Shown here piece after piece: positions 1 to 10,527 of a stretch of DNA of 64,000 nt. Made by a program: the position numbers and the translations under genes. The notes under the pieces are model-generated. The model worked only from the letters and a program-made list of their open reading frames with translations. It did not search any database and was not told the origin of the DNA. The DNA is taken from contig CAAGCW010000003.1 in NCBI GenBank assembly GCA_900768435.1, positions 4,599-68,598 on the forward strand, given 5' to 3'. Numbering within the stretch: the stretch's first letter is position 1; every line of letters starts with the position of its first letter. Origin of the DNA: an uncultured Collinsella sp. (GTDB taxonomy: Bacteria; Actinomycetota; Coriobacteriia; Coriobacteriales; Coriobacteriaceae).

Positions 1-966
1 GGCTCCGAGGTCATCGAGCTCGCCGAGCTCCAGGAGGCCTGGGAGAGCGGCATCGAGGGCGTCTTCGCCTACCGCAGCGCCGGCGAGACCCCCGAGGTCG
101 AGACCATCGACTTCCGCGCCAAGGATATCCACGTGTACGGCGGCGCCAAGATCGCCCGCCCGCGCGTGATCATCCCCGTGTTCCCCGGCAACAACTGCGA
201 GTACGACAGCGCCCGCGCCTTCCGTGCCGCCGGTGCCGAGGCCGACACCTTCGTGATCAACAACCTCACGCCCGAGGCCGTCGCCGAGAGCACCCACGAG
301 CTTGCCCGCCGCATCCGTGCAAGCCAGATCGTTATGATCCCCGGCGGCTTCTCGGGCGGCGACGAGCCCGACGGCTCTGCCAAGTTCATCACGGCGTTCT
401 TCCGCGCTCCCGAGGTCACCGAGGCAGTCCGCGACCTGCTCAAGGCCCGCGATGGCCTGATGCTGGGCATCTGCAACGGCTTCCAAGCCCTGATCAAGCT
501 CGGCCTGGTGCCCTACGGCGACATCGTCGACGCCACGCCCGATGCGCCCACGTTGACGTTCAACACCATCGGTCGCCACCAGAGCCGTCTGGTGCGCACC
601 CGCATCTCGTCCAACTTGTCCCCGTGGCTGTCGCAGTGCAGCCTGGACGACCCCTACACCGTCGCCATCAGCCACGGCGAGGGCCGCTTTGTCGCCAATG
701 ACGAAGTGCTCGCCCAGCTGATCGCCAACGGCCAGGTCGCCACGCAGTACGTGGGCGAGAACGGCAAGCCCAGCATGGATCTCTCTGTCAACCCCAACGG
801 CTCCGCACTCGCCATCGAGGGCATCACGAGCCCCGACGGCCGCGTCCTGGGCAAGATGGGCCATGCCGAGCGTCGCGGCGACAACCTGTACCGCAACGTG
901 CCCGAGCATGTCCCCGGCGATAAGTTCATGCCGATCTTTGAGAGCGGCGTGGCCTACTTCGCTTAA
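1..966 (+). CDS. purL: Phosphoribosylformylglycinamidine (FGAM) synthase, large single-chain type. Only the C-terminal glutamine-amidotransferase domain is present; the 5' end lies outside the window.
   Basis: Reading frame is open from nt 1 into the 133..966 ORF. Contains a GICNGFQAL nucleophile-cysteine motif and ends SHGEGRF, as expected of the PurL C-terminal GATase domain. Confidence 0.8.
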   Translation, partial: GSEVIELAELQEAWESGIEGVFAYRSAGETPEVETIDFRAKDIHVYGGAKIARPRVIIPVFPGNNCEYDSARAFRAAGAEADTFVINNLTPEAVAESTHELARRIRASQIVMIPGGFSGGDEPDGSAKFITAFFRAPEVTEAVRDLLKARDGLMLGICNGFQALIKLGLVPYGDIVDATPDAPTLTFNTIGRHQSRLVRTRISSNLSPWLSQCSLDDPYTVAISHGEGRFVANDEVLAQLIANGQVATQYVGENGKPSMDLSVNPNGSALAIEGITSPDGRVLGKMGHAERRGDNLYRNVPEHVPGDKFMPIFESGVAYFA

Positions 967-1002
967 ACCTTTCCCATCGGGTACAATCCCCTCGGGTAAC
1001 AA

Positions 1003-1040
1003 CGCCCGCCACTGGCACACCCGGTGGCGGGTTCTTTTTT
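1003..1040 (+). terminator. Intrinsic terminator after purL
   Basis: GC stem cccgccac/gtggcggg followed by a T7 run. Confidence 0.55.
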
Positions 1041-1065
1041 GCTTCGCGCATACAGGAAGGACATC

Positions 1066-2001
1066 ATGGAAAGCTGCAAGCCGCATCTCGCCACCCTGCC
1101 TGGACTCATCCTGGGCTGTCTTGTTTGTTGCGCGCTCTGGGGGTCGGCTTTCCCCTGCATCAAAATCGGCTATGCACTCTTTGGTATCCCGGCACACGAT
1201 AGCGCCTCGCAGCTGCTCTTTGCAGGTTTGCGCTTCACGCTTGCCGGTATCCTGGTTATCGCCGGTATGAGTGCAGCCCAGCGCCGCCCGCTCGTCCCAC
1301 AGGTACGCGACATTAAGCCCATCTGCATCCTGTCGCTCTTCCAGACTATCGGACAGTATTTCTTTTTCTACCTGGGACTCTCGCGCGCCAGCGCCATGTC
1401 GAGTTCCATCATCGAGGCCAGCGCCAACTTCCTCGCAATCCTCTTTGCCGCCCTGGCATTTCACACCGAGAAGCTCAATACGGCCAAGGTGCTTGGCTGT
1501 GCGCTGGGCTTTGCCGGCGTCGCGCTCGTCAACCTCTCGGGCGCAGATGGCACCTTTGGCTTCAGGCTCGATGGCGAGGGTTTTATCCTGGCATCCACCG
1601 TCGCGGGCGCCCTTTCGACCTGCCTGATCGGCATCTTCTCGCGCGAGCACGACGGCGTCTTGCTTGCCGGCTGGCAGTTCTTGGTCGGCGGCCTCGTCCT
1701 CACTGCTATCGGCTTTTTGATGGGCGGCGTGCTCTCCCCCACCGCGATTGCCCCCGCCATCGCGCTCATCGTCTACATGGCGCTTATCTCCGCGGTCGCC
1801 TACTCGCTGTGGTCGCGTCTGCTTGCCGTCAATCCCGTCAGCCGCGTCTCGGTCTTTGGGTTTATGAATCCGGTCTTTGGCGTACTGCTGAGCGCGCTGC
1901 TGCTCGGCGAGGGCGCCGGCACGAGCCCCGTTACCGTTATCGTTGCCCTGCTGTTGGTCTGCGGCGGCATCATCATCGTCAACAAACCAAAAAAGGCCTA
2001 G
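1066..2001 (+). CDS. DMT/EamA-family transporter
   Basis: About 10 predicted TM helices with a duplicated EamA-like architecture. RBS aggaagg lies 7 nt before the ATG at 1066. Confidence 0.7.
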   Translation: MESCKPHLATLPGLILGCLVCCALWGSAFPCIKIGYALFGIPAHDSASQLLFAGLRFTLAGILVIAGMSAAQRRPLVPQVRDIKPICILSLFQTIGQYFFFYLGLSRASAMSSSIIEASANFLAILFAALAFHTEKLNTAKVLGCALGFAGVALVNLSGADGTFGFRLDGEGFILASTVAGALSTCLIGIFSREHDGVLLAGWQFLVGGLVLTAIGFLMGGVLSPTAIAPAIALIVYMALISAVAYSLWSRLLAVNPVSRVSVFGFMNPVFGVLLSALLLGEGAGTSPVTVIVALLLVCGGIIIVNKPKKA

Positions 2002-2067
2002 CGAACTGCCGCGTTCCGAGAAAAAGACGAGGCGTATCTTCGACAGCCTCTACTGATCCCACAAACG

Positions 2068-2110
2068 CAAAAAGGGCGCACGACCATCAATGCGGTCGTG
2101 CGCTTTTTTC
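2068..2110. terminator. Bidirectional intrinsic terminator between the convergent EamA and GGDEF genes
   Basis: Stem gggcgcacgacc/ggtcgtgcgc with an A-run on the left and a T6 run on the right. Confidence 0.55.
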
Positions 2111-3252
2111 TAGCGGATCCGCGCGCCCGCTTTTTTCTTTTCAGCCTTAACACGATAAAGCTCTGCATCGGCAGTGCGCAGCAAATCCTGCCAGGCCTCA
2201 ACCCCGCTGTCATAGCGTGCGTACCCAATTGACATACAGAGCGGATACGGCACTTCGGCCTGTGCAAGCGCATCGTTGATTGCAGTGCTCAGGTCGACAA
2301 TATCTTGCTCGGTTGCATCTCTCTGCACCACCACAAACTCATCGCCACCATAACGCGCGATAAAGCCACCGGACGGCGAACAGACGTCCTTGAGCACCGA
2401 TGAGATGATTTCCAAGGCATGATCACCTTCGACATGCCCGTAATGGTCGTTAATATGCTTAAAGCCGTCGGCATCCATAATGAGCAGATACGTATCCTCG
2501 GCATGATCAGCACCGGAAAACAGCGTCTGCATATACGTCTCAAAACGATTGCGGTTGTTAAGGCCCGTGAGCGGGTCGGTCGAGATTAGCTGCTCCTGAT
2601 AGATAAGGTAGAGCAAAAGATTACTCGCGGCTATGCCAACGCACAGGCCGGGAATCGACCAAGCGACCTGAACAATTCCACCAATCATGGCAGGAACAGC
2701 AAAAAACGCCAGCGTTCTATAGATCGCCTTTGTCTGCAGACTTTCGACCCGTCGCGACTGCACAAACGCATGCAGGGACGTATGGATGATGTAGCAGTAG
2801 CTAACAACAGGCTGAATCATATAAAGTGCACCGCGACGATACACGCCCTGAGTATCGATGTAGAACAGGGCATGTGTCCAGTAGCTGGTAAAAGCCAGTA
2901 CGACCACCAGCGCCGTGGGCAACGTCGCAAGTGCCAGCCTAGAGGTCGTGGTCAAAAGCCGCGAACCCTGCATGGTCTCGGAATAAAGGAACCAAAAGAG
3001 GCATGCGAGGGCGAACAGCGAAAACGAGACCGCGTTGGAAATCCAGTTGGCAGTGAGGCCCGCCGTGCCGCCCACTCCGTCAGAGAGGGTCCAGATCATA
3101 TCGAAAAAGATATACGCGGCCGACGTGTAGCCGAGCATGCTAAACAAAAGCTGCTGAGTGCTGGAGAACAAGGAGCGACGACTTCGTATGGCAAGTCCGA
3201 TAAGGACAATCATGCACATCAGGAAAATCTCGATCTTGAGTGCCTTAACCAC
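2110..3252 (-). CDS. Membrane-anchored diguanylate cyclase (GGDEF domain)
   Basis: N-terminal half has about 6 TM helices. C-terminal half carries the GGDEF signature (RYGGDEF) with DADGFKHINDHYGH upstream. GTG start with RBS gaggggatgg. Confidence 0.8.
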   Translation of the reverse strand: MVKALKIEIFLMCMIVLIGLAIRSRRSLFSSTQQLLFSMLGYTSAAYIFFDMIWTLSDGVGGTAGLTANWISNAVSFSLFALACLFWFLYSETMQGSRLLTTTSRLALATLPTALVVVLAFTSYWTHALFYIDTQGVYRRGALYMIQPVVSYCYIIHTSLHAFVQSRRVESLQTKAIYRTLAFFAVPAMIGGIVQVAWSIPGLCVGIAASNLLLYLIYQEQLISTDPLTGLNNRNRFETYMQTLFSGADHAEDTYLLIMDADGFKHINDHYGHVEGDHALEIISSVLKDVCSPSGGFIARYGGDEFVVVQRDATEQDIVDLSTAINDALAQAEVPYPLCMSIGYARYDSGVEAWQDLLRTADAELYRVKAEKKKAGARIR

Positions 3253-3441
3253 CAGGTTCCATCCCCTCTATATCCAAGTGGCCAGAATCGCCCGGATCTT
3301 GCCGGACACCAAACACCCCTTACTCCGCAGGGGTATGGGGAATAATAGCAGAGCGCCCGAATGACACTGAATAACAGATGCCGTACGGGCGCTCGGATGG
3401 CGTGAATTGCACACGCCGATTTCATTGGTTCGAAGAGACGA

Positions 3442-4464
3442 TTACTCGCCGTCAATATCGGTCGCGACAGCCTCCTCGATAGCCTCGACACCGGCAACCG
3501 ACAGGTCTTCCTTGCCCTTGCAGAACTTCTTGTCGACCCAGCCGGTCAGGATCGGGGCCATGATCGCCGTGATGATAACGGCGGTAGCGATCTGGGCGTA
3601 CGCGGTGGGCGCAAGTTCGGCATAGCGCGGAGCGACCTCGGCAAGCGCGACCGGCGTGGTCATGGCCGTACCGGCAATGGTGGAGCAGGCAACAGCGGCC
3701 TTGCCGTTGCCGCCGCACAGGCGCTCAAAGGCAAAGGTAATGGGGCCGACGATAAAGAGCGTGATAAGACCCAACAGGATGCCCGAGATGCCGCCGGTAA
3801 TAAAGCTCGACAGGCTCATGGACGCACCAAGCTGAAAACCGATGACGGCAATTGCGGGATTGGCGCCGGGAACCAGCAGGTTCTTGATAAACGGGAACAG
3901 GTTGCCCAAAACCATGCCGATAACGAGCGGCAGGATAGAACCGACGATAGTTCCCAGCGGAATGTTAGCGAGACCCGAGACACCGAGGATGATCATCGTG
4001 ACGGCGGGGCCGGCCGTAAAGAACAGGATACCGACAGCGCCCTGCTCGGACTCATCGCCAAACTCGCCCATGATGCCCGTATAGAGCGCCATGTTGCAAA
4101 ACGTGATGCCGCCGATGATTGAGACCGAGCTCAGGCCCAAAAAGTTATCGTTAAAGAAATACGCAACGCCCAGGCCCAGCGCGGCTGCCACCACAAGCTT
4201 GGGGATCAGCACGACGATGCCGGTCTTGATAGCGCCCGGCGTGGACTTAAAGCTGATGCCGGCACCCACGAAGAGCAGGATCGCGGCAACGATGGTATTG
4301 GAGCCGCCGCGGCAGGCAGCCGTAAAGAAGCCGCCGATCTCAAAGACCTGCGGACAGAAAGTGTTGAGCAAAAGGCCAACGATCATGGGATAGATCATGA
4401 TGTCACCCGGGATACGCGGTACCTTGAATTTCTTTTGCTCGTTGGCGGTCGCTTCCTGTGCCAT
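3442..4464 (-). CDS. kdgT: 2-keto-3-deoxygluconate permease (KdgT family)
   Basis: Polytopic membrane protein closely resembling KdgT-family permeases across the hydrophobic core. Start placed at MAQEATANEQ. Confidence 0.7.
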   Translation of the reverse strand: MAQEATANEQKKFKVPRIPGDIMIYPMIVGLLLNTFCPQVFEIGGFFTAACRGGSNTIVAAILLFVGAGISFKSTPGAIKTGIVVLIPKLVVAAALGLGVAYFFNDNFLGLSSVSIIGGITFCNMALYTGIMGEFGDESEQGAVGILFFTAGPAVTMIILGVSGLANIPLGTIVGSILPLVIGMVLGNLFPFIKNLLVPGANPAIAVIGFQLGASMSLSSFITGGISGILLGLITLFIVGPITFAFERLCGGNGKAAVACSTIAGTAMTTPVALAEVAPRYAELAPTAYAQIATAVIITAIMAPILTGWVDKKFCKGKEDLSVAGVEAIEEAVATDIDGE

Positions 4465-4614
4465 GAAACCCCCATTTCCGCTGACGGGGTACAAAAGCCC
4501 ACGTCACGCTTTGCTACAGTAAAGTTTGACCATGGTACCAGAAGAAATAGACCAGCTCGGTGAAAAACTCGACAAGTTGGGATGGAACGAGATTCGGCGC
4601 CCGCGACGCCACCC

Positions 4615-4941
4615 CTATATAAGGCTCAAGACGATATAGAGTACGATGCCCGAGACGCAGCACCACAGCATCGATTTTGTCTTGACCGCCACGACCACGA
4701 CGCCGGCGGCCGCAATCCAGGGAACCAAGGCAGGCCAGAGCCCCGCGTCGAACGCGCCGGGACTCACCAAGTCGTTGGCGACCAGCGCGGCAAAGGCAGC
4801 GGGCGGGATATAGCCCAGGGCCTCGGTAATACGGGGCGACAGGGTCCGCCCGCGCAAGGCGAACGCCGGCGCGATGCGAAAGAACGCGATAGCAGCCCAC
4901 GACGACAGCCACAGAACCAAGAACTCGTTAACGGGCATCGC
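4615..4941 (-). CDS. azlD: Branched-chain amino acid transport protein AzlD
   Basis: About 105 aa hydrophobic protein. Overlaps the azlC stop by 14 nt, the typical azlCD arrangement. Confidence 0.65.
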   Translation of the reverse strand, partial: AMPVNEFLVLWLSSWAAIAFFRIAPAFALRGRTLSPRITEALGYIPPAAFAALVANDLVSPGAFDAGLWPALVPWIAAAGVVVVAVKTKSMLWCCVSGIVLYIVLSLI

Positions 4942-5620
4942 GGGCACCTCTTCCGTCAAATACAGCATCGCACGCCAGCGCAATGGTAATGCCGACCACG
5001 ACGCTTGCCGGCACGGCAATATTCACGAGGCCCAAGAACTTGCATACGGCGACGGACACCGCGCCCGAAACCGCCGCGACAACGTTGCCGCGCGACAGCC
5101 GCTGCGAAAAGAGCAGGCAGATAAAGAGCGAGGTGCAGACAAAGGCTGCAATGGCGGTGGGAACATCGACAACGGCGCCGACGATGGCGCCCGTCGTACA
5201 CGATACGCCCCATGTTGCGATAAGGATCACGTTGAGCACAAAGGACTCGCGCGGGCCCCAATCCTCCCCTTCAACCAACTTGGCAAGCGAGATGCCATAT
5301 GCCTCCTCGGTAAGTGTCGCGGCAACAGCCAGCGTCTGACGCTTCGAGGCACCCGTCAGATGCGACGTGATCGATGCCGAGTAAAGCGCAAAGCGCGAGG
5401 AGATGGCAGCAACGCTCGCGACGATCGACGCCGCAGGCACACCTGCCAGCCACAGATTGCAGATCATAAACTGCCCGCTGCCCGTCACGAACGTGCTGCT
5501 CAGAGCAAAGACCATCCAGGGTTCCATTCCCGTCTGCCCCATGATCATTCCGCACGGCGCGCCTATTGCAACATAGGTAAGCATCACTGGCCAGACGGTT
5601 CTAACGATTTTGAGCACCAT
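4928..5620 (-). CDS. azlC: AzlC-family branched-chain amino acid permease
   Basis: Polytopic membrane protein with AzlC-like sequence. Start placed at MVLKIVRT (internal ATG of the longer ORF). Confidence 0.65.
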   Translation of the reverse strand: MVLKIVRTVWPVMLTYVAIGAPCGMIMGQTGMEPWMVFALSSTFVTGSGQFMICNLWLAGVPAASIVASVAAISSRFALYSASITSHLTGASKRQTLAVAATLTEEAYGISLAKLVEGEDWGPRESFVLNVILIATWGVSCTTGAIVGAVVDVPTAIAAFVCTSLFICLLFSQRLSRGNVVAAVSGAVSVAVCKFLGLVNIAVPASVVVGITIALACDAVFDGRGARDAR

Positions 5621-5746
5621 ACGCTTCTCATCCTGACAAGGTCTCCGAGCCGCATGTAGCGACACGGCAGAATCATCATCCGACAGCAACCGAGTTCGCC
5701 TACAATTGCCACCGGATCGAAAGACACAACTTTTTAGGAAGTCATT

Positions 5747-6559
5747 ATGACAGCTATCGATCGAGACCGGGCGCGCGCGGCCTTCAAAAGCTACACCGAT
5801 GCCTACGACGCCACCAACCCACGCATCGCGCTCAAAATCGAGCATACGTACCACGTGGCCGAGGCATGCGATGCCGTAGCACGCGAGCAGGGCTGGTCGT
5901 CAGAAGATATTGACCTGGCATGGCTTTGCGGCCTGCTACACGATATGGGCCGCTTTGAGCAGTTGCGGCGCTGGGACACCTTTAAGGACGCCGAGAGCAT
6001 GAGCCATGCAGCGCTGGGCATCGAGGTCCTCTTTGGCGAGAATCCCGCCGATGCACCCGCCGTAACGAGCATCCGCGACTTTATCGATGACCCGGCAGAA
6101 GATGAGCTCATCCGAGCGAGCATTGCCTATCACAGCGATTTTCGTCTACCCGCGCAGCTCGACGAGCGTACGCGGAGCTTCTGCGATATCGTGCGCGATG
6201 GTGACAAGATCGACATTATGCGCACCATCGCCGACAGCACCGTCGACACCATCCTCAAGGTGGATGAGGACGCGTTTCTAGCCAGTCGCTTCTCGGCACC
6301 GACGCTTGCCGCCTTTGACGAGCACCGCTGCGTCACGCGCGATGAGCGCGATGAGCCCGCAGACTACCTGGTGGGACTCATCTGCTTTATGTTTGAGCTC
6401 GTCTATCCAGCGAGCCGCGCGCTGGCGCGCGAACAGGGCGATATCCACCGCCTGCTCGATGCGCCCTTTGGCATTGCACGGCCCTTTACCGACCCCGCCA
6501 CGCAGGCAACCTGGAGCCGCCTAAAGGACGAGATGCGCGACTGGCTGACGCGCGCTTAG
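5747..6559 (+). CDS. HD-domain phosphohydrolase
   Basis: Metal-binding H...HD motif (LLHDMGR) with later DGDKID. RBS aggaag. Confidence 0.7.
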   Translation: MTAIDRDRARAAFKSYTDAYDATNPRIALKIEHTYHVAEACDAVAREQGWSSEDIDLAWLCGLLHDMGRFEQLRRWDTFKDAESMSHAALGIEVLFGENPADAPAVTSIRDFIDDPAEDELIRASIAYHSDFRLPAQLDERTRSFCDIVRDGDKIDIMRTIADSTVDTILKVDEDAFLASRFSAPTLAAFDEHRCVTRDERDEPADYLVGLICFMFELVYPASRALAREQGDIHRLLDAPFGIARPFTDPATQATWSRLKDEMRDWLTRA

Positions 6560-7761
6560 CGCTCAAGCTGAGCCAGCAGCTCCTCAACGATCTCAACGGC
6601 ATCGCCGACGACCTTATACTGGGCAGCACCGAAGATGGGGGCATCCGGGTCCTCATTGATGGCGACAATGCACTCCGCCCCACCGATGCCGGCGAGATGC
6701 TGGATAGCGCCCGAGACACCGATGCTCACGAGGAGCTTGGGCGAGACCGATACACCCGTCTGGCCAATTTGGTGGCGATACTCCAACCAGCCTGCCTCCA
6801 CAATGGGACGCGTGCAACCAAGCTCGGCACCCAGGGCATCGGCGAGCTTTCGCATCAGGGGCAGATTCTTCTTGGAGCCGATGCCGCGGCCCACCACGAC
6901 CAGACGCTCGGCATCGGCAATTGAGGCCTGCTGTCCCCACTCCTCGGCGGGAATCGAGATCTCGACGCGGGCCTTAACGTCATCCGCAAGCACTACCTGG
7001 GTAATCGTGCCGGAGCGGCTATAGTCAAACTCGGGCGCCTTAAAGATGCCGGGGCGCACCGTTGCCATCTGAGGACGGTGGTTGGGGCAGATAATGGTGG
7101 CCATCAGGTTGCCGCCAAACGCCGGGCGTGTCTGCTGCAGCAGACCCGTCTCCGTATCCATCGAAAGCACCGTGCAATCGGCCGTAAGACCCGTCTGCAA
7201 GCGCACGGCCACACCGGGCGCCAGCTCGCGACCAAAGGCGGTCGCGCCGTACAGAATGGCCTCGGGCTTGCGCTCGGCTACCAAATCGCAGATCAAGCGA
7301 GCGTAGACCTCCGCGTCGTTCTGACGCAGGCGCTCGTCACGACAGACCAGAACTTCGTCCGCACCGGCGCAAATCAGATGCTCCAGGTCCCCGAGTGAGC
7401 CCTCGGGGCTCATGCCGACCAGTGCCACCAGACGGCAGCCGCGGGCATCGGCAAGCTCGCGCCCCTTGCCCATGAGCTCGAAGGCCACGGATGCAACGGC
7501 ATCGTGCTCGTCAGTCTGCACGAAGATCCAGATGTCTCGATATGCGTCAAGGTCTGCCGCGCCGGCGGCCTCGTCGCGCTCAATCGAGATGGCGTTGACG
7601 GGGCAGGCATCGACGCACCCACCGCACAGGATACAGCCGTCGGTTACGCGGGCACAGCGATTGGGGCGCTCACCCTCCACCACAATGCCGCCCGAGGCGC
7701 AGGCGCGAACGCAGCGACCGCAGCCGATACAGGCTTCGCTATCGATAATCAGCCCGCTCAT
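6556..7761 (-). CDS. etfA: Electron transfer flavoprotein alpha subunit with N-terminal 2x[4Fe-4S] ferredoxin domain (LctC-like)
   Basis: Two CxxCxxCxxxCP motifs in the first 60 aa, followed by the EtfA FAD-binding region. Its ATG abuts the etfB stop (ATGGCATAGATG). Confidence 0.8.
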   Translation of the reverse strand: MSGLIIDSEACIGCGRCVRACASGGIVVEGERPNRCARVTDGCILCGGCVDACPVNAISIERDEAAGAADLDAYRDIWIFVQTDEHDAVASVAFELMGKGRELADARGCRLVALVGMSPEGSLGDLEHLICAGADEVLVCRDERLRQNDAEVYARLICDLVAERKPEAILYGATAFGRELAPGVAVRLQTGLTADCTVLSMDTETGLLQQTRPAFGGNLMATIICPNHRPQMATVRPGIFKAPEFDYSRSGTITQVVLADDVKARVEISIPAEEWGQQASIADAERLVVVGRGIGSKKNLPLMRKLADALGAELGCTRPIVEAGWLEYRHQIGQTGVSVSPKLLVSIGVSGAIQHLAGIGGAECIVAINEDPDAPIFGAAQYKVVGDAVEIVEELLAQLER

Positions 7762-8583
7762 CTATGCCATCCCCTCAATAATCTTGGCAAGTTTTACCGC
7801 CTGCTCGGACGCCGTTCCCTCAACGGCCTCGCACGTTTGGTCACGGTCGGGCACAAACGAGCGCACGACCTGCGTCGGTGATCCGGCAAGGCCGCAACGC
7901 GAGGGATCGGCGTTTACGTCGGCAGCGCTGGCCACACGCACGTCTGCATCCTCGGCCGCGCGAATACCGGCAATACTCGGCATGCGCAGCTGGCCAATCT
8001 CCTTGGCGGTCGTCATCGCACACGGCATCTCCAGGTACACCGTCTCCTCGCCGGCATCGCAGCCGTGAACGAGCGCCAGCGAGCCACACGTCGTAAATCC
8101 CGCGCTCTGCACACAGCTCACGTCGGTCACGCAGGGGACCCCAAAGGCGACGGCCAGCTCGGGGCCGATCTGGGCCGTATCGCCGTCCACTGCCATCTTG
8201 CCGCAGATGAGCAGGTCAAAGTCCTCATCGAGTGCCTCGATGCCGCATTTGAGGGCATAGGTGGTGGCTAGGGTATCGGCGCCCGCAAAGGCGCGATCGG
8301 TCAGCAGCAGCGCGTCGTCGGCACCGCGGGCGATGCAGTCGCGCAGCAGCGATTCGGTCGCGGGGATGCCCATCGACACCACCGTCACACGCACGTCCAT
8401 GCCAAAGCCGATAAAGTCGTCCTTCAGCGCTAGCGCACATTCGAGGGCACTTGCATCGAAGGGATTAACGACCGCCTGCTTGCCATCACGCACGATAGTA
8501 TTGGTCTTGGGGTCCATCTTGACCTCGGTGCTTCCGGGCACCGCCTTGACGCACACCACCATATGGAAATCACTCATCTTCAC
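7762..8583 (-). CDS. etfB: Electron transfer flavoprotein beta subunit
   Basis: EtfB-like N-terminus MVVCVKAVPGSTEV. GTG start overlaps the TGA stop of the upstream FAD oxidase. Confidence 0.8.
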   Translation of the reverse strand: MKMSDFHMVVCVKAVPGSTEVKMDPKTNTIVRDGKQAVVNPFDASALECALALKDDFIGFGMDVRVTVVSMGIPATESLLRDCIARGADDALLLTDRAFAGADTLATTYALKCGIEALDEDFDLLICGKMAVDGDTAQIGPELAVAFGVPCVTDVSCVQSAGFTTCGSLALVHGCDAGEETVYLEMPCAMTTAKEIGQLRMPSIAGIRAAEDADVRVASAADVNADPSRCGLAGSPTQVVRSFVPDRDQTCEAVEGTASEQAVKLAKIIEGMA

Positions 8584-10181
8584 GCGCCCCCTTTCTGGAC
8601 GAGTTCATCCAAGAGCTTCTCCGTAAACAGGTTGCCGCGACCCAGCTGGCCGGCAGGATCAAGCTGGAGTTTGAGACGCGCCGACTCGACCATGGCCTCG
8701 TGGCCGTACATCGTCTCCAAGAAGCCCGCCTTGATCTTGCCGACGCCGTGTTCGGCAGAAACGGCACCGCCCATGGCCGTGACCTCGGAAGCCCACTGGG
8801 CAAAGAGCTCTCCACCACGACGGTAGTCTTGCGCATCGCGCGGCAGGATGTTCACATGCAGATGGTTGTTCCCGATGTGTCCCCAGGCAGCAGACTCAAG
8901 CCCGCTTTCGGCCAGCGTGCGGCGATAGAGGGCCACGACATCGGCAAGGCGTGCATTGGGCACCGACATATCCGATCCCAGCTTGGTAATGGTGGGGTCG
9001 GTGCGGCGACGCTCGTCAATGAGCATGTTGACGCTCTCGGGCACCGCGTGGCGGAAGAACCGCTGGCACTCGCGATCGACTTCGTTGCGGGCGACCCATG
9101 TCGCATCGTCGCGGCCGCCCGCAAGCTCCAGCACCCATCCCAAGTGGTACAGCTCCTCGGTCGCCTGCGCCTCGTCATCGCAATCGAGCTCCACGTAGAC
9201 ACATACCTTGGCCTCTTTGTCGAGCGCCGGCAGCGAGGCAAACGCCGTCGACTGCTCGCGCTGGCGACGTAGAATATCCAGGGCGCCAGCATCGAAGTAC
9301 TCGATGGCAGCCGCATGGGACAGGACAGGGCGCACGGAATCGGTAAAGGACACCGCCTTGTCCTCGCTATCGAAAAAGCAACTCACACCCCAAACGACCG
9401 CAGGCGCCGCCTGCAGGGCAATCTCAAGCTCGGTGATAACGCCGAGCGTGCCGCACGCGCCGATAAAGAGGTCGATGGCGTCCATATCGTCCGCAACGAA
9501 ATAGCCTGAGGCATTTTTTGTCTCGGGCATGGTATAGCCGGGAAGATCGAGCTCGAGCGTACGGCCCTCTGCCGTCACGAGCGACAGGTGGCGGCCCTGG
9601 GCAAAAGCCTCGCCGCGCTGGAGCTCAAGCAAATCGCCATCAGCCAGCGCGACGTGGAGTCCCGTGATATGTGGGCGCATGGGGCCGTAGGCGTAGCTGC
9701 GGGCACCGGAGGCGTTACATGCCGCCATGCCGCCCAGACAGGCAGACGCCTCGGTGGGATCGGTGGGAAAGAACTGCTCGGGGGCCTCTTGAAACTCATC
9801 GTAGGCCTTAAGCGATGCCTGGTCCCAACCAGCGGTCGGCAGCATCTTCTTGCTCAGCTGCTTGCGCAGCTCCGAGAGCACAACGCCCGGCTCCACGCGC
9901 AGCAAAAATTGGCCTTGTTCATCGCGGCGAAGGCCCAAGTAGCGATTCATACGGGAAGTATTGAGGATATGCCCGCCGTGGGGCACGGCACCGGCGGCAA
10001 GGCCGGTTCGGGCGCCCTGAACCGTTACCGGGACACGCTCGGCATGGAGCGTTTCCAAAATGGCACGGACCTCGTTTTCCGTTGTCGGAAACGAGATGCT
10101 CGATGCTTCGCCCGATGCGCGAGATTCATCGCGGCCATACTCTTCGAACTCGTCGGTGAAGGGTTTGATGGTTGCAGACAC
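8580..10181 (-). CDS. FAD-linked oxidase (GlcD / D-lactate dehydrogenase family; LctD-like)
   Basis: FAD_binding_4-type N-terminal domain (VTVQGARTGLAAGAVP) plus an FAD-oxidase C-terminal domain. Translationally coupled to etfBA. Confidence 0.75.
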   Translation of the reverse strand: MSATIKPFTDEFEEYGRDESRASGEASSISFPTTENEVRAILETLHAERVPVTVQGARTGLAAGAVPHGGHILNTSRMNRYLGLRRDEQGQFLLRVEPGVVLSELRKQLSKKMLPTAGWDQASLKAYDEFQEAPEQFFPTDPTEASACLGGMAACNASGARSYAYGPMRPHITGLHVALADGDLLELQRGEAFAQGRHLSLVTAEGRTLELDLPGYTMPETKNASGYFVADDMDAIDLFIGACGTLGVITELEIALQAAPAVVWGVSCFFDSEDKAVSFTDSVRPVLSHAAAIEYFDAGALDILRRQREQSTAFASLPALDKEAKVCVYVELDCDDEAQATEELYHLGWVLELAGGRDDATWVARNEVDRECQRFFRHAVPESVNMLIDERRRTDPTITKLGSDMSVPNARLADVVALYRRTLAESGLESAAWGHIGNNHLHVNILPRDAQDYRRGGELFAQWASEVTAMGGAVSAEHGVGKIKAGFLETMYGHEAMVESARLKLQLDPAGQLGRGNLFTEKLLDELVQKGGA

Positions 10182-10527
10182 GCGAACTCCCCCTTTAGCT
10201 AACTACAGTGTTTGCAGGGAGATGTTACCGCATCGTTTCGTCGACGTGTTCGAGACCGTCTCCATAATTGGCGATTTTTACGTTCGTGCAATTCGGCGAG
10301 CGGCTGGATTTCCTCGGCAGACGATGCTTTTGACAAATATCGCCCCGCCGTCGCCGATCGCGTAAATGTCGCTCGAAAAAAGTTGAAGTAATTTTTTCCA
10401 CCTTTTACCTGCGGAGATGTCAATCCGTCAAGCATTTGGTCAGAAATTGGTCAAGTAGCGGCTGATACGGTCGGCGTCGACAGCCAAAACCGATAGAAGT
10501 TTTGGCCCCAGAAGCAGGGAGGTTCCC

